A DNA stretch of 64,000 bases, taken from positions 112,158,001-112,222,000 of the forward strand of contig NC_043002.1 in the NCBI RefSeq assembly GCF_006345805.1, given 5' to 3'. Within the stretch, counting starts at the first letter, position 1. Each line of letters begins with the position of its first letter. This stretch comes from Octopus sinensis. Its lineage: Eukaryota. The position numbers were made by a program, and so were the translations under genes. The notes beneath the pieces are model-generated. The model did not search any database. It saw only the letters and a program-made list of their open reading frames with translations, and had not been told where the DNA came from. Below, piece by piece: positions 13,106 through 25,629 of this stretch.

Positions 13106-13558
13106 TTATTGGCTTGTAAACTATTTGTTGTATGACGTCTTACTATTTACTTGAAAATACATGGCTTTTTACTGTCCTAATTATATATATTCATCTGTTA
13201 TCTTTTACTTGTTTCTGTTTAGACTATATATATATATATGTGTGTGTGCGTATATATATATATGTAGTGATGCCTCGATATCCGAGTTAATTTGCTCTCG
13301 GAAACCGCTCGTAAAGAGAAAACTCGTAAAGCTGAGAAATTATTTACCGTAGTAGCAATGAAATTTTATGCTGTCATTTTACTCAGTCGCTATGTAGACG
13401 CGTCGGAACTAATGTTGCCACATGTTGTGACGTTGCCACACACACCAGCTGGCTGGTCAACCTTTTATATTTATCATAAAATAAAACTCGCAAGTCCAGA
13501 GTCTCGTTAAGCGGCACCTCGTAAAGTGAGGTATTACTCTGTGTGTGTGTTTGTGTGT

Positions 13559-13938
13559 GGAGACGAAACGGCGCAGTGGTTAGGGCAGCGGACTCGTGGT
13601 CGTAGGATTACGGTTTCGATTCCCAGACCGGGCGTTATGAGTATTTATTAACCAAAAGCACCTAAAGCTCCACGATGCTCCGACAGGGGGTGGTGGCGAC
13701 CCCTGCTATACTCTTTCACCACAACTTTCTCTCACTCTTTCTTTATGTTTCTGTTGTACCTGTATTTCAAAGGGCCAGCCCTGTCACACTCTGTGTCACG
13801 CTAAATCTCTCCGAGAACTACGTTAAGGGTATACATGTCTGTAGAGTGTTCAGCCGCTTGCACATTAATTTCACGAGCAGGCTGTTCAGTTGATTCGGAT
13901 CAACCGGAACCCTCGTCGTCGTAACCGATAGAGTTCCA
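13559..13938 (+). mobile_element. SINE family A, older diverged copy
   Basis: family consensus with many substitutions; variant tail GTAACCGATAGAGTTCCACG. Confidence 0.88.
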
Positions 13939-13961
13939 CGATATATATATAATATATATTA

Positions 13962-14027
<66 letters not shown>

Positions 14028-14029
14028 AC

Positions 14030-14445
14030 TAATATAGGATAAAATTTTTCGAAAAGAATTCTATCAATGGCCAACATATTAAAAAATACCTTTACGGTTA
14101 AATTAATAAACAACTTATAAACAAGGGAAAAAGAAAAAAATTCTAATGCCTAATATGCCGAAAATAGACTTAAATCGTCAATAACCATATAATTCATCAC
14201 TATAGGCACGCGTCTCGAAGTAAGCCGACAAAAATTTTTTAAAAATTCCGTTATTATCGTATCGGCCTCGATTTCAGAGTTAATTCATAAGAATTTTCTC
14301 CTCGTCAGCGATAAATACAATAAGAAATAAAGGAAATACTTACTTATACCCATGGAAGAAGCAAACACTCAGTCCTGCGTACACTTAAGTACCCTAAATA
14401 TATCCAAAATAGAAATTTTTTGCCCTTGTTTATATGTTATATATC
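14030..14445 (-). mobile_element. Hammerhead-bearing non-coding module (PLE pseudo-LTR-like) next to (TA)n
   Basis: contains the ribozyme at 14254-14314; short inverted copy of its distal end near 14405-14440; homologous segments at 2960-3120 and 19575-19752. Confidence 0.7.
14254..14314 (-). ncRNA. Type I hammerhead ribozyme, intact core
   Basis: minus strand TTATCG-CTGACGA-GGAG..AATTC TTAT GAATT..CTCT-GAAA-TCG AGGC CGA-TA-CGATAA: 6-bp stem I, extended stem II, 4-bp stem III, AUA cleavage triplet. Confidence 0.85.
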
Positions 14446-14491
14446 TATATATGTACACTTTATTAATAAAGCTACAAGGACCTCACAAAAA

Positions 14492-14529
14492 CTGTTACAC
14501 AGAGTTTCACGTTCCCGTTCGTCGGACAG
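14492..14529 (-). ncRNA. Minimal hammerhead motif, variant core CCGACGA; degenerate mirror copy at 14581-14618(+)
   Basis: CTGT-CCGACGA-ACG GGAA CGT-GAAA-CTCTGTG-TA-ACAG. Confidence 0.65.
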
Positions 14530-14711
14530 TTTTGACTGATTTGAACAGCATGTAATGCCGAAAATACAGCTTAACCAAAACTGCCCGACGAACGGGAACG
14601 TAAAGCTCTGAGTAACAGTTTTTGTGATGTCTTTGCAGCTTTATTAATAAGGCAATTTAGCCTACCTCCGGTATTTTACCCACCTTGCTTCACATTTATA
14701 TGCTTATTCTG

Positions 14712-14784
<73 letters not shown>

Positions 14785-14885
14785 CAGGGTGAATACTTGA
14801 TAGTTGTAAGCACCTGTATATACCATTTAGTGGTGTAGGTGATAGAGTATATTAATCAAAATAAAAACATGATTCGAAGGATTTA

Positions 14886-14973
14886 GCGGTACATATGTTT
14901 CGGGCCTTTATTAGACGGTTTTATAACAATGCATAATTGATGTAAATGTGTGTCTATGGCCTTCTTCAGCCGC
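14886..14973 (-). ncRNA. Type I hammerhead ribozyme with palindromic stem III, intact core; mirror copy at 15061-15148(+) has core CTGTAGA
   Basis: GCGG-CTGAAGA-A-GGCC ATAGAC..GTCTA..GGCC-C-GAAA-CATATG-TA-CCGC. Confidence 0.8.
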
Positions 14974-15208
14974 GTACAATTACTACTTCAAGGACATATA
15001 TTACATTATAAGTTTTACGTTGGGGATGCAAATCCTCATTGCCTGAAGTAGTAATTGTACGCGGCTGTAGAAGGCCATAGACACACATTTACATCAATTA
15101 TGCATTGTTATAAAACCGTCTAATAAAGGCCCGAAACATATGTACCGCTAAATCCTTCGAATCATGTTTTTATTTTGATTAATATATATATAATATATAA
15201 TATATAAA

Positions 15209-15274
<66 letters not shown>

Positions 15275-15368
15275 TCATATCATCATATATACTGTAGCGG
15301 TAAGTATTCCCTTCTGTCAAGGAGGAGTCCGGGATACAATTTCCTGCCGAGAGGGCTCGCAATCTTAG

Positions 15369-15763
15369 GTGAATGCGTAGCTGTGTGGTTTGAAGCTTGC
15401 TTCCTAACCACATGGCACACAATTCGGTCCCTCTGTAGAGCATCTGCACCTTGAACAAGTGTCTTCTGCTATAGCTATGCGCTGACTGAATATTTGAGTG
15501 AATCTGGTGAATGGAAACTGAAAGATTGCAACGACAACCAGCTGGAGGAGGCTCTTCCTCAGGTGAAAAACGGTAGTAAAACGAAATGCTTGTGTCTGTA
15601 TTTGCGTTTTTCCTCCATCTACTGCTTGACAACTGATGTTGGTTTGTTGACGCCCCTGTAAATAGCATAAACCGTAAGTACTGGGTTTAATTTATTCTTC
15701 AAGAGCAGCGCTCAAGCATGACCGCAGTCTAATAATTAAAACAAGTAAAAGGTAAAAGTAAAG
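15369..15763 (+). mobile_element. SINE family B, strongly diverged
   Basis: GCTGTGTGG, CTTGAACAAGTGTCTTCTGCTATAGC and GCTTGACAACTGATG landmarks. Confidence 0.7.
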
Positions 15764-15884
15764 CTATATGTGTATATATATATATATAGTTAATCCAAAC
15801 AACAAAAGAAAAAATAACAACAATGCAAGGACGTGGAACAAATATAGTATTATTGGACGCCCAGGAAAGAAGGGAAGAAGGAGA

Positions 15885-15919
15885 GTTTAACGTTTCGAGC
15901 GGAGCTCTTCGTCGGAAAC
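15885..15919 (-). ncRNA. Minimal hammerhead motif (core CCGACGA) inside a (TA)n-flanked module at about 15790-16000
   Basis: GTTT-CCGACGA-A-GAGC TCC GCTC-GAAA-CG-TT-AAAC; palindromic AACGTT stem III. Confidence 0.7.
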
Positions 15920-16001
15920 ATAGGAGAAGGAAAGATCCCGAGAAGGGGAGACAGAGGAAAAAAAATCGCCAGTGGTACTCACGAGGTCACATACTGAAAG
16001 C

Positions 16002-16048
<47 letters not shown>

Positions 16049-16383
16049 TACATACATACATACATACATACATACATACATACATACATACATACATACA
16101 TACATACATACACACATACATACATACTTATATACTTACATACATACATAGACACACAAATACGCGCATAAATATATTTTGAAAGATAAATATAACGATT
16201 TACATATCTATTTACATATCTGTCAGTCTGTCAGTCTGCCTTTCCGCCCGTATGGCGTCTGTCTACATGTCTATACTTTCCAGCGTCTGTTTTATGTCTG
16301 CGGACTCTTTCTTTCTATTTTCCTCACTCTTTCCTTCGAAACATTTTCACGCCTCCTCCAAACTTCTTCCTTACTCTTTTTGC

Positions 16384-16478
<95 letters not shown>

Positions 16479-17115
16479 TATAATATATATTATATATATT
16501 AATCTCATTTCATCATTTTAACTGGACTGAACGATAAGGCATCTTGCCAAATATCACTCTTAATGGGTAACCTTTAGCATTCTTTTCTAAGAGAAGGAAT
16601 ATTTAAATACTAGGGTTTCTCTATATTCCATGGTATGATATGAGGGATTTGCTTCCGATGGATGGTTTCCAAATTCCATTTGCACGAACAATATTTGCTC
16701 CTTTCACCATCTCTGGTCATCTTCTACTGTGGTGAAGTCAGCATCTATTATTTCAATGTGTGAAAAAAATGCTTTCTCTCTCTATCTTATATGATGCACA
16801 TATTGGTTTCTAAATATTCTTCTTTTACCAGATTATATTTTAAAGTTTACACCTTTTCTTCCATCATAACCACTACTACACCACCATTTCTGCTATTACA
16901 AACAAAACCTCCAATGATGATGCTAATGAGTAGGAGGAGGAGGAGGAGGCGAATGAGTAATAGGAAAAGGAAGATGAGGAAAAGGAAAAGGAAAAGTATC
17001 AGGTCATCCCATAGGTTCTGTCCGATTTTACCTTTTTAGAAATTGAATGAAATTTGATAGTATTTTGGAATGTTTAAAGGAATTAAAAATTATTTTTATG
17101 CATTTGTGTACATTT

Positions 17116-17279
17116 AGGCGCAGGAGTGGCTGTGTGGTAAGTAGCTTGTTTACCAACCGCATGGTTCCGGGTTCAGCCCCACTGCGTGGCACCTTGGGAA
17201 AGTGTCTTCTACTATAGCCTCGGGCCGATCAAAGCCTTGTGAGTGGATTTGGTAGACGGAAACTGAAAGAAGCCCGTCG

Positions 17280-17334
<55 letters not shown>

Positions 17335-17548
17335 ATGTGTGTGTGTGTCTATGTTTGTCCCCCTAGCATTGCTTGACAACCGATGCTGGTGTGTTTATGT
17401 CCCCGTCACTTAGCGGTTCGGCAAAAGAGACCGATAGAATAAGTACTGGGCTTACAAAGAATAAGTCCCGGGATCGAGTTGCTCGATTAAAGGTGGTGCT
17501 CCAGCATGGCCGCAGTCAAATGAATGAAACAAGTAAAAGAGTAAAGAG
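17116..17548 (+). mobile_element. SINE family B, full length
   Basis: head to tail matches consensus. Confidence 0.92.
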
Positions 17549-17813
17549 TATTTCAACCAATTAAATATTATTTTACAGAATAATAGAGAATTAAAATTTC
17601 TTTGATTAAAACCCTTTCTAACATGGAGGTATCCAAAGAATAAAAATCTGAAAATTCAGAAAAATTGTAACACATGCGTAGTTCCGGGTTCAGTCCCACT
17701 GCTTAGCCCCTTGGGCAAGTGTCTTCTACTACAGCCTCGGGCCGATCAGAGCCTTGTGAGTGGAATGATGTTGGGAAGCTAGCTTCTTACTACACAGCCA
17801 CGCCATGTATTAA

Positions 17814-18410
17814 ATGCTAGGCTACTGGTTTTAAATTGATTTAATTAAATTAATATTCAATTTATCACCCTCATTATTTAAATTTTAAATAATTATGTTC
17901 TCTAACCGGCAACATTAACTGCAGTGAATTATCTACTGCGGAACTGTTTCCGGGATTTAGCGCGCCAGAAAGTAGACATTTGAAAATAACCCCAATGTAA
18001 TCAATAGAACTATACACACATCTAATTTTATGAGGACAACTCGTGTATAGTTCTATAAATTATATTGAATTGGAACGATCGTACTGACGAATCCACGGAC
18101 GAGAATTACGTAAGTAAATATCGTTAATTGGCGAAATCTGCCTACGATTAATTCTGTATTTTGTATATTTTCATCTGTCTTACCCGCTTTTGTTCTGGTG
18201 TTTGATGAATTTCTGTAGAGAACATTCTTTTCTTTGTAGTTAGATCGTAGATGATCTTCTTCTAGCATATTGGATATCCACTGAGTGGTCAATACTTACT
18301 ATACGCATGTATTTTTCTGAATTTTCAGATTTTTTTATATGCTAGGCTACTGGTTTTAAATTTTATATTAATTAAATTAGTATTCAATTTATCACCCGCG
18401 TTATTTAAAT
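17814..18410 (+). mobile_element. Terminally redundant module, about 600 bp, with degenerate hammerhead, ending at a microsatellite
   Basis: about 70-bp direct repeats at 17814-17883 and 18339-18410; CTGACGA-A-TCC AC GGA-C-GAGA-ATTACGTAAG-TA at 18076-18123. Confidence 0.6.
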
Positions 18411-18477
18411 ATATATATAGATATAAATAGATAGATAGATAGATAGATAGAAAGATAGATATGAGTGCATGTATGTA

Positions 18478-18569
<92 letters not shown>

Positions 18570-18994
18570 TTATATACATATATATACACATATATATATA
18601 TACATATATATATATATATGAAATACAAAATGGGACAAGAACGCAAAACATCCGGACAGTTAGGTGATACAAAAAGGTTCAACAAAATATCCAGATAGAT
18701 GATACAATGAAAACAAGGACGGGTCATTCGAAGTTTTCTTTCCTCAGTCAAGCACCAGATTATCCTGGCAATTTCGGCTGATTTGTCTTAAGATTGCTCC
18801 AATCTGGCCAGCCCCAAGGAAAAACTAAGCTAAGAGCGTTAGATTCCTTGGAAGAAAGCAGCGGATGTATACAAAAACAAGGACGGAAAAAAACGGACAA
18901 TGTTACACAAATATAAAAACAATAAAAAATACAATAAAAATATGTATGTATATATATGTATTAATATGTATTTGTGTGTGTGTGTGTATGTGTG

Positions 18995-19208
18995 TGTGTA
19001 TTTATCCGCACTCCCTGCCATCACTTGACAACCGATGCTGATGCGTTTATATCCCTGTTAACTAGCGGTTCGGCAAAAGAGTCCGATAGAATAAGTACCA
19101 GGCTTACAAAGAATAAGTCTCGGGTTTGATTTCTTCGACTAAAACCCTTTAAGGTGGTGATCCAGCATGGTCACAATCAAATGACTGAAACAAGTAAAAA
19201 GTAAAAGA
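18995..19208 (+). mobile_element. SINE family B, 3' half
   Basis: CTTGACAACCGATGCTG through GACTGAAACAAGTAAAAAG. Confidence 0.8.
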
Positions 19209-19276
<68 letters not shown>

Positions 19277-20212
19277 GCGGCGCACGCGTAAGTTGGTTTG
19301 AAATGTAGTTCTAGGTTCATAAGTAACTCGGTAAATATTTTCTAGTATTCAACATGCAAATGCGCGCACGAGTGAGTGTGTGTGGGGGGGGGGGCAATTA
19401 CAAGGAAAAGGTTGACAGTGACTTCGAAATTTCGGCTCATCTACCTCATTAGGTCGTGTTGAAACTTCTTGGAAGTCATTTTCAGTTTCGTAAGAATACT
19501 TGATCGTATCAACTGGAACCCTCGTCGTCGTAACCGATGGAGTGCCACGATATATATATATATATATAACTAATATAGGATAAAATATTCCAAAAAGAAT
19601 TCTATCAATGGCCAGCATATTAAAAAATACCTTTAAGGTTAAATTGATAAACAACTTATAAACAAGGGCAAAAGAAAAAAATTCTAATGCCTAATATGCC
19701 GAAAATAGACTTAAATCGTCAATAACCATATAATTCATCACTATAGGCACGCGCGAGTGAGAGAGAAAGAAAGAAAGAAAGAAAAATATAGGAAGGAAGG
19801 AAGGAAGGAGTGATGCTGGTTTAATAATAATAGCTGAACGATAATACCTCGGTATAACATTCCGCCTACTAATTTATGCAATTTTGTGAGTTGAAACATT
19901 CCATTTGAGATTGTTGTTGCAATTAGATGACAAATACTATCCCCGGAGATATTTAAATTCTAAAAACTACAATTAAGCAAGTCACATGCAATAATCAAAA
20001 AACAAAAAACAATGTCGTTATGTATGGATATTGTCTGAAGAGCCAACTGGTGAAAGCAACATGCAGATTTCGATCTTCTTAATTCTCATCTGCAAGGCAT
20101 ATAGAGAGAATATTCTCGTCCTATCAATCAGTTTCTCTTTGCTCGCGTCTAGATAGTTTCTCGGGACGTCGTTATTTCTATTAGTTGTCTCTTTTTGCCA
20201 TATATTCATAGT

Positions 20213-20360
20213 CACTTAGGGGTTCGGCAAAAGAGACCGACAGAATAAGTACTGGGCTTACAAAGAATAAGTCCTGGGGTCGATTTGCTCGACTAAAGGC
20301 GGTACTCCAGCATGGCCGCAGTCAAATGACTGAGACAAGTAAAAGAGTAAAAGAGTAGAA
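20213..20360 (+). mobile_element. SINE family B, 3' fragment
   Basis: GTCACTTAG..GGTTCGGCAAAAGAGACCG to (GTAAAAGA)n. Confidence 0.85.
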
Positions 20361-20363
20361 GAG

Positions 20364-20433
<70 letters not shown>

Positions 20434-21369
20434 CATGTATATATAAACAAATGTCTACTTCAAATGTCTACATATATTCCTCCTACATCTCCTTTGGCGT
20501 TGTGGCTACAAAATGCTGTTTTCTACTTCTTTTGTGAAAATGTTTCAATTCACATCTAGACGATTGTTGTCGCAGTTGTATAATAGGTTGTATTTCTAGT
20601 ACTATTACTATGGTGACTTTTAAATTTTTTGTCTGGGGCTTCTGCAGTACTCTTTCAGTTTTCTCCTTTATCTTTGTGTTGTATGACTGGAGTTGGATGT
20701 AGAGGTTTTATCGGACTAGACTTACATGGAGGCTGTTATCAATCGGCGTGAATCATCATCAAACTCGTCGAGCAAAGGCCATCTTAAAATAAATCTAGTC
20801 AACAGTCAAGAGAACCAGCCGCTGGATTTGGCTAAAAAAGGATGATGAAATCTGATTAGAGAAATGATATAAAGACCTGCATGGTTCAATCTTTTGAATG
20901 GTGTTGAAGGGCTGAAGGAATTAAGATCGAATTAACCCAGGCTGAAGAATTAACCCTAGCTGATGGAATTAAAATCGAATCCTAGTCAATCGTTCGGCAG
21001 CTGGGGTTTCATATTAGCGAAAGCAGTGCGCGCTCTGTAAAGCAGTCGAAAGGAAGATCCCGAAACAATATGCAATTTCTATTAATGAGCTCTGAAACCT
21101 ACAGGCGTCTTTTGTGTTGACCTTTCACTTGATACTACTCGCACAATCAAGTTGTTTTGAAGTCTCTATGAGTTGTTCTGCTCTGATCCTCTGATTTTGG
21201 TATCTATATCAGCTTCAAAGTTCTCATTTTTACTTAATGTATCTCTTCTTATAGAAGCTTTGGCACATTTGTCGTGCCAGTTATGCTTAATTTTATGTCA
21301 AGGCTCAATTTATGATCAATTATTCGTAGGATTTCCAATAGTGACTTGTAAATACGTTTAAGAGGAGAT

Positions 21370-21520
21370 GAGTTATTATAGTTTGTCAGTAGCATTTATA
21401 GCTATTGTTGGTTCCATCATCAAGTAATAGATCAAAGCTAAGTAGAATAATAGCGTGAATAAGGAGTCACCCGCAAAAATTCCTCATTGCGTGGGTGTAG
21501 AGTTGGTTTTAATTATATTC
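21370..21520 (-). pseudogene. R4/Dong-like reverse transcriptase fragment
   Basis: minus frame GIFAGDSLFTLLFYLAL resembles the RT motif GIFQGDSLSPLLFCLAL. Confidence 0.5.
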
Positions 21521-21579
21521 TGTTCGCTGTCATCACAATCATCATCATCATAAAAATAATAACCATAATAATCATAATA

Positions 21580-21778
21580 ATCCTTTCTACTGAAGGCACA
21601 AGGCCCGAAATTTGGGAGGAAGGCACAAGTCGATAACATCGACCCCAGTTCATGACTGGTACTTAATTTATCAATCCCGAAAGGATGAAAGGCAAAGTCG
21701 ACCTCGACGGAATTTGACCTCAGAGGGACGAAATGTCGTTAAGCCCGGTATGCTAATGATTCTGCCAGCTCACCGCCT

Positions 21779-21779
<1 letters not shown>
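21580..21779 (-). mobile_element. SINE family C
   Basis: core GAAAGGATGAAAGGCAAAGTCGACC and head GCCAGCTCACCGCCTT. Confidence 0.85.
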
Positions 21780-21826
<47 letters not shown>

Positions 21827-21869
21827 CGATGGCGATGACGATGACGATGATGATGATGATGATGATGAT

Positions 21870-21920
<51 letters not shown>

Positions 21921-21974
21921 AATAATAATAATAATGATAATGATGATGATGATGATGATGATGATAAAAATAAA

Positions 21975-22022
<48 letters not shown>
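21778..22022. repeat. (GAT)n/(AAT)n trinucleotide array
   Basis: direct reading; source of the poly-D/N/M ORFs. Confidence 0.97.
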
Positions 22023-22023
<1 letters not shown>

Positions 22024-22109
22024 TGAAAAGAACGATTAGCACGGTAGGTTGCAGGAAGTAAGCCCGCTGCGTATGCAGGAGCTCCAAAAAAACCTGTGAT
22101 AAAGAGAAA

Positions 22110-22925
<816 letters not shown>

Positions 22926-23026
22926 CTTGGTATTCCATTATCAGACTGGTAGTCATCTTGGTTAGATTGGGAATCGTATATTAGTACCCTAGTGTCATTT
23001 TGATGGCATACGCTGCTCTCTTTCTC

Positions 23027-23097
<71 letters not shown>

Positions 23098-23335
23098 CCT
23101 TTCTGCTATAGGCACAAGGTCTGAAATTTAGGGAGAAGAGATATTCGATTACATTGATCCCAATACTTATATGTATGCAAATATACTCATATATTTTATT
23201 GACCTCAGAACGATGAAAGACAAAGTTGACGTCGGCAGAATTTGAACTCAGAAAGTAAAAGAGTCGAAACAGACACCGCAGAGTAATTTTTTCCGATATT
23301 CTAACGTTTTTGTTAACCCACCGACTCCCACCGTT
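23098..23335 (-). mobile_element. SINE family C, diverged, with tail GGCCTTGTGCCTATAGCAGAAAAGG
   Basis: TTTGAACTCAGAA and AAAGTTGACGTCGGCAGAA landmarks; inserted in a TAA array. Confidence 0.7.
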
Positions 23336-23864
23336 GTTGCAAGACATCGTTGTTGTTGTTGGTGTAGGTCGTAGTTGCCCCTTCTTGTTGCCATCATGTG
23401 GTCTTCATCGTCGTCATAACTATTACAACAGCAAGGGAAGTCGTCGTCGTCGTCGTCATCATCACCGCCACTACCAAACCATATTCACCATTAACATTAG
23501 GATGGTCATTATACTCATTACCAACAATAAAACAAAACGCAATTATCGTCAACAACAACATGAACACGAACTGCTCCACCCTGTCATTACCTCTAATACC
23601 ATATATCTTCCCTCATCTTATTTAACTTTTAATATGTTTTTCTCTTTCGTTTTGATGTTATATTTTCGTTATTATTTATTTAATATTCAGATCGTATCTT
23701 ATCTCTCTCTCGTCATCGGCACCTTAATTCATTTCTGTTTATCATGATTCTCATACACCACCAACATATTATTTTCAGCAGTGTGTTTAGCAAGAGAGTT
23801 TGATCTGCGAGATATGGCAACCAAACCTTTACCAAACCACACTCAACAATTTCCATTTGTGGAA

Positions 23865-24073
23865 TACTTTACTTTACTTTACTTGTTTCAGTCAGTTCAC
23901 GGCGGCCATGCTGGAGCACCGCCTTTAGTCGAGCAACTCGACCCCGGGACTTATTCTTTGTAAGTCCAGTACTTATTCTTTCGGTCTCTTTTGCCGAACC
24001 GCTAAGTGACGGGGACATAAACACACCAGCATCGGTTGTCAAGCAATGCTAGGTGTCAAATACAGACACACAA

Positions 24074-24104
<31 letters not shown>

Positions 24105-24278
24105 CATATATACGACGGGCTTCTTTCAGTTTCCGTCTAGCAAATCCACTCACAAGGCTTTGGTGTCGGCCCGAGGCTATAGTAGAAGACACTTGCCCAA
24201 GGTGCCACGCAGTGGGACTGAACCCGGAACCATGTGGTTTGTAAGCAAGCTACTTACCACACAGCCACACCTGCGCCT
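23865..24278 (-). mobile_element. SINE family B, full length
   Basis: matches consensus on the minus strand. Confidence 0.92.
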
Positions 24279-25629
24279 AGCCACACCTGATAAATTGAAT
24301 CAAATAGTCAAAGAACGGCGTTGATCGGAAAAAATTAAAGCAATTTTAGTCACTGTCATACTTTTATTCACATAATTATTCTTACTTATGCTATCGAATG
24401 CTTCCTCGATTAGATGTTAATATTATGGCTGAGTCGGTAGAGCGTAGCAGAGTGTGTTGGGTCCCTGTGGTTTTCGTCACTATTTGCAGTTATCTTTAAA
24501 AAAAACTTGTTAATGTATCATATAGATGTATCAGAATTTGTTATTTATTGCAGAAAAATTTTGCAACGCGTGTTCAAAGTTTGATCATTTTTCAGAATTT
24601 TCAGAAAAGAGCGCTTTCGCTACCTTTTCTAGGTGAGGGAAGGGCAGCAGCTTCTCAAAACATTGCTAGAAACAACAGTCAAAACATTAAAATGAATGAA
24701 GTTAACATTAAAACATTGCGAGCAAATTAATTACTTAAAAGCTTTCACACATACAAACATTCACATACTTCCCTTGTGCACACATACATACGCACATATA
24801 CTCTCACACAGAGTTGAAACGCTGATTGATTTTTCTTTTCAGCGTTGAATGTTCACCATCCCACTTCCATTGTACACACACACACACACACACATACCTC
24901 CCTTTTACATACACACACATATACTCACACAGAGTTCAAACGCTTCCACTACCAGTTTGACAGCACCCCTTCCTTCCTTATTCATCTATCACACCGTCCT
25001 TTCGCATTCTTATGTTGTGTCGGAGAAAAACACAAAAGTATTATTATGGTAGAAGATTATCTTTCTACTATCTCCTTCTCTTCCTTGTGCGCATGTGCAA
25101 CATCATTGGTTACTATGGGAACAGCTTTTCGCCACGGTGATGTGTAAAATACTCGCTTCTGATTGGCTAAAATACCCAAATTTTGCAAATTTTCAAGGCT
25201 AATAACTTTTTAATTAGGGATTTAGAATGGAAATGGATTTCCTTTTCATAATTAGTATACAAAACTTAATCCATATACCAAATTTGAAAACAATTGGAAC
25301 AAAATTGTAAACAGTGACGAAAACCACAAAGGTCCAGGGTGTCTTGTGGCACTCATAGCAGCTTTCTATGCCCTGAGTGCTTGTAATCTATTCGGAGATA
25401 ATAAAGAAAGTATTAATACAGAACTACAGTTAATTCTTACCCTCTTCTCTCTCTCTCTCTCTCTCATTGGAAGAACTAGGCTATATTACTTTATGAGTGT
25501 AGTTGTGCGAAACCTCTCACCAGCAACCATATTTCCTGAAATGGAGTAGGGTCGAATAAGGGGCTAGCTTACTTATTCATTGTGCAACTTTCGAAAAGTG
25601 TGGATCGATTTTAACAGTTATTTTTTCTT

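Noticed and set aside
19415-19460. Minus-strand hammerhead-like CTAATGA-GG..CC-GAAA-TTTCGAAG-TC
   Set aside because: The core G5 is mutated and stem I does not pair; at most a fossil.
20030-20070. CTGAAGA-GCC AACT GGT-GAAA-GCA ACA TGC
   Set aside because: Core and stem II are good, but no NUH triplet or stem I partner follows; not counted as a ribozyme.
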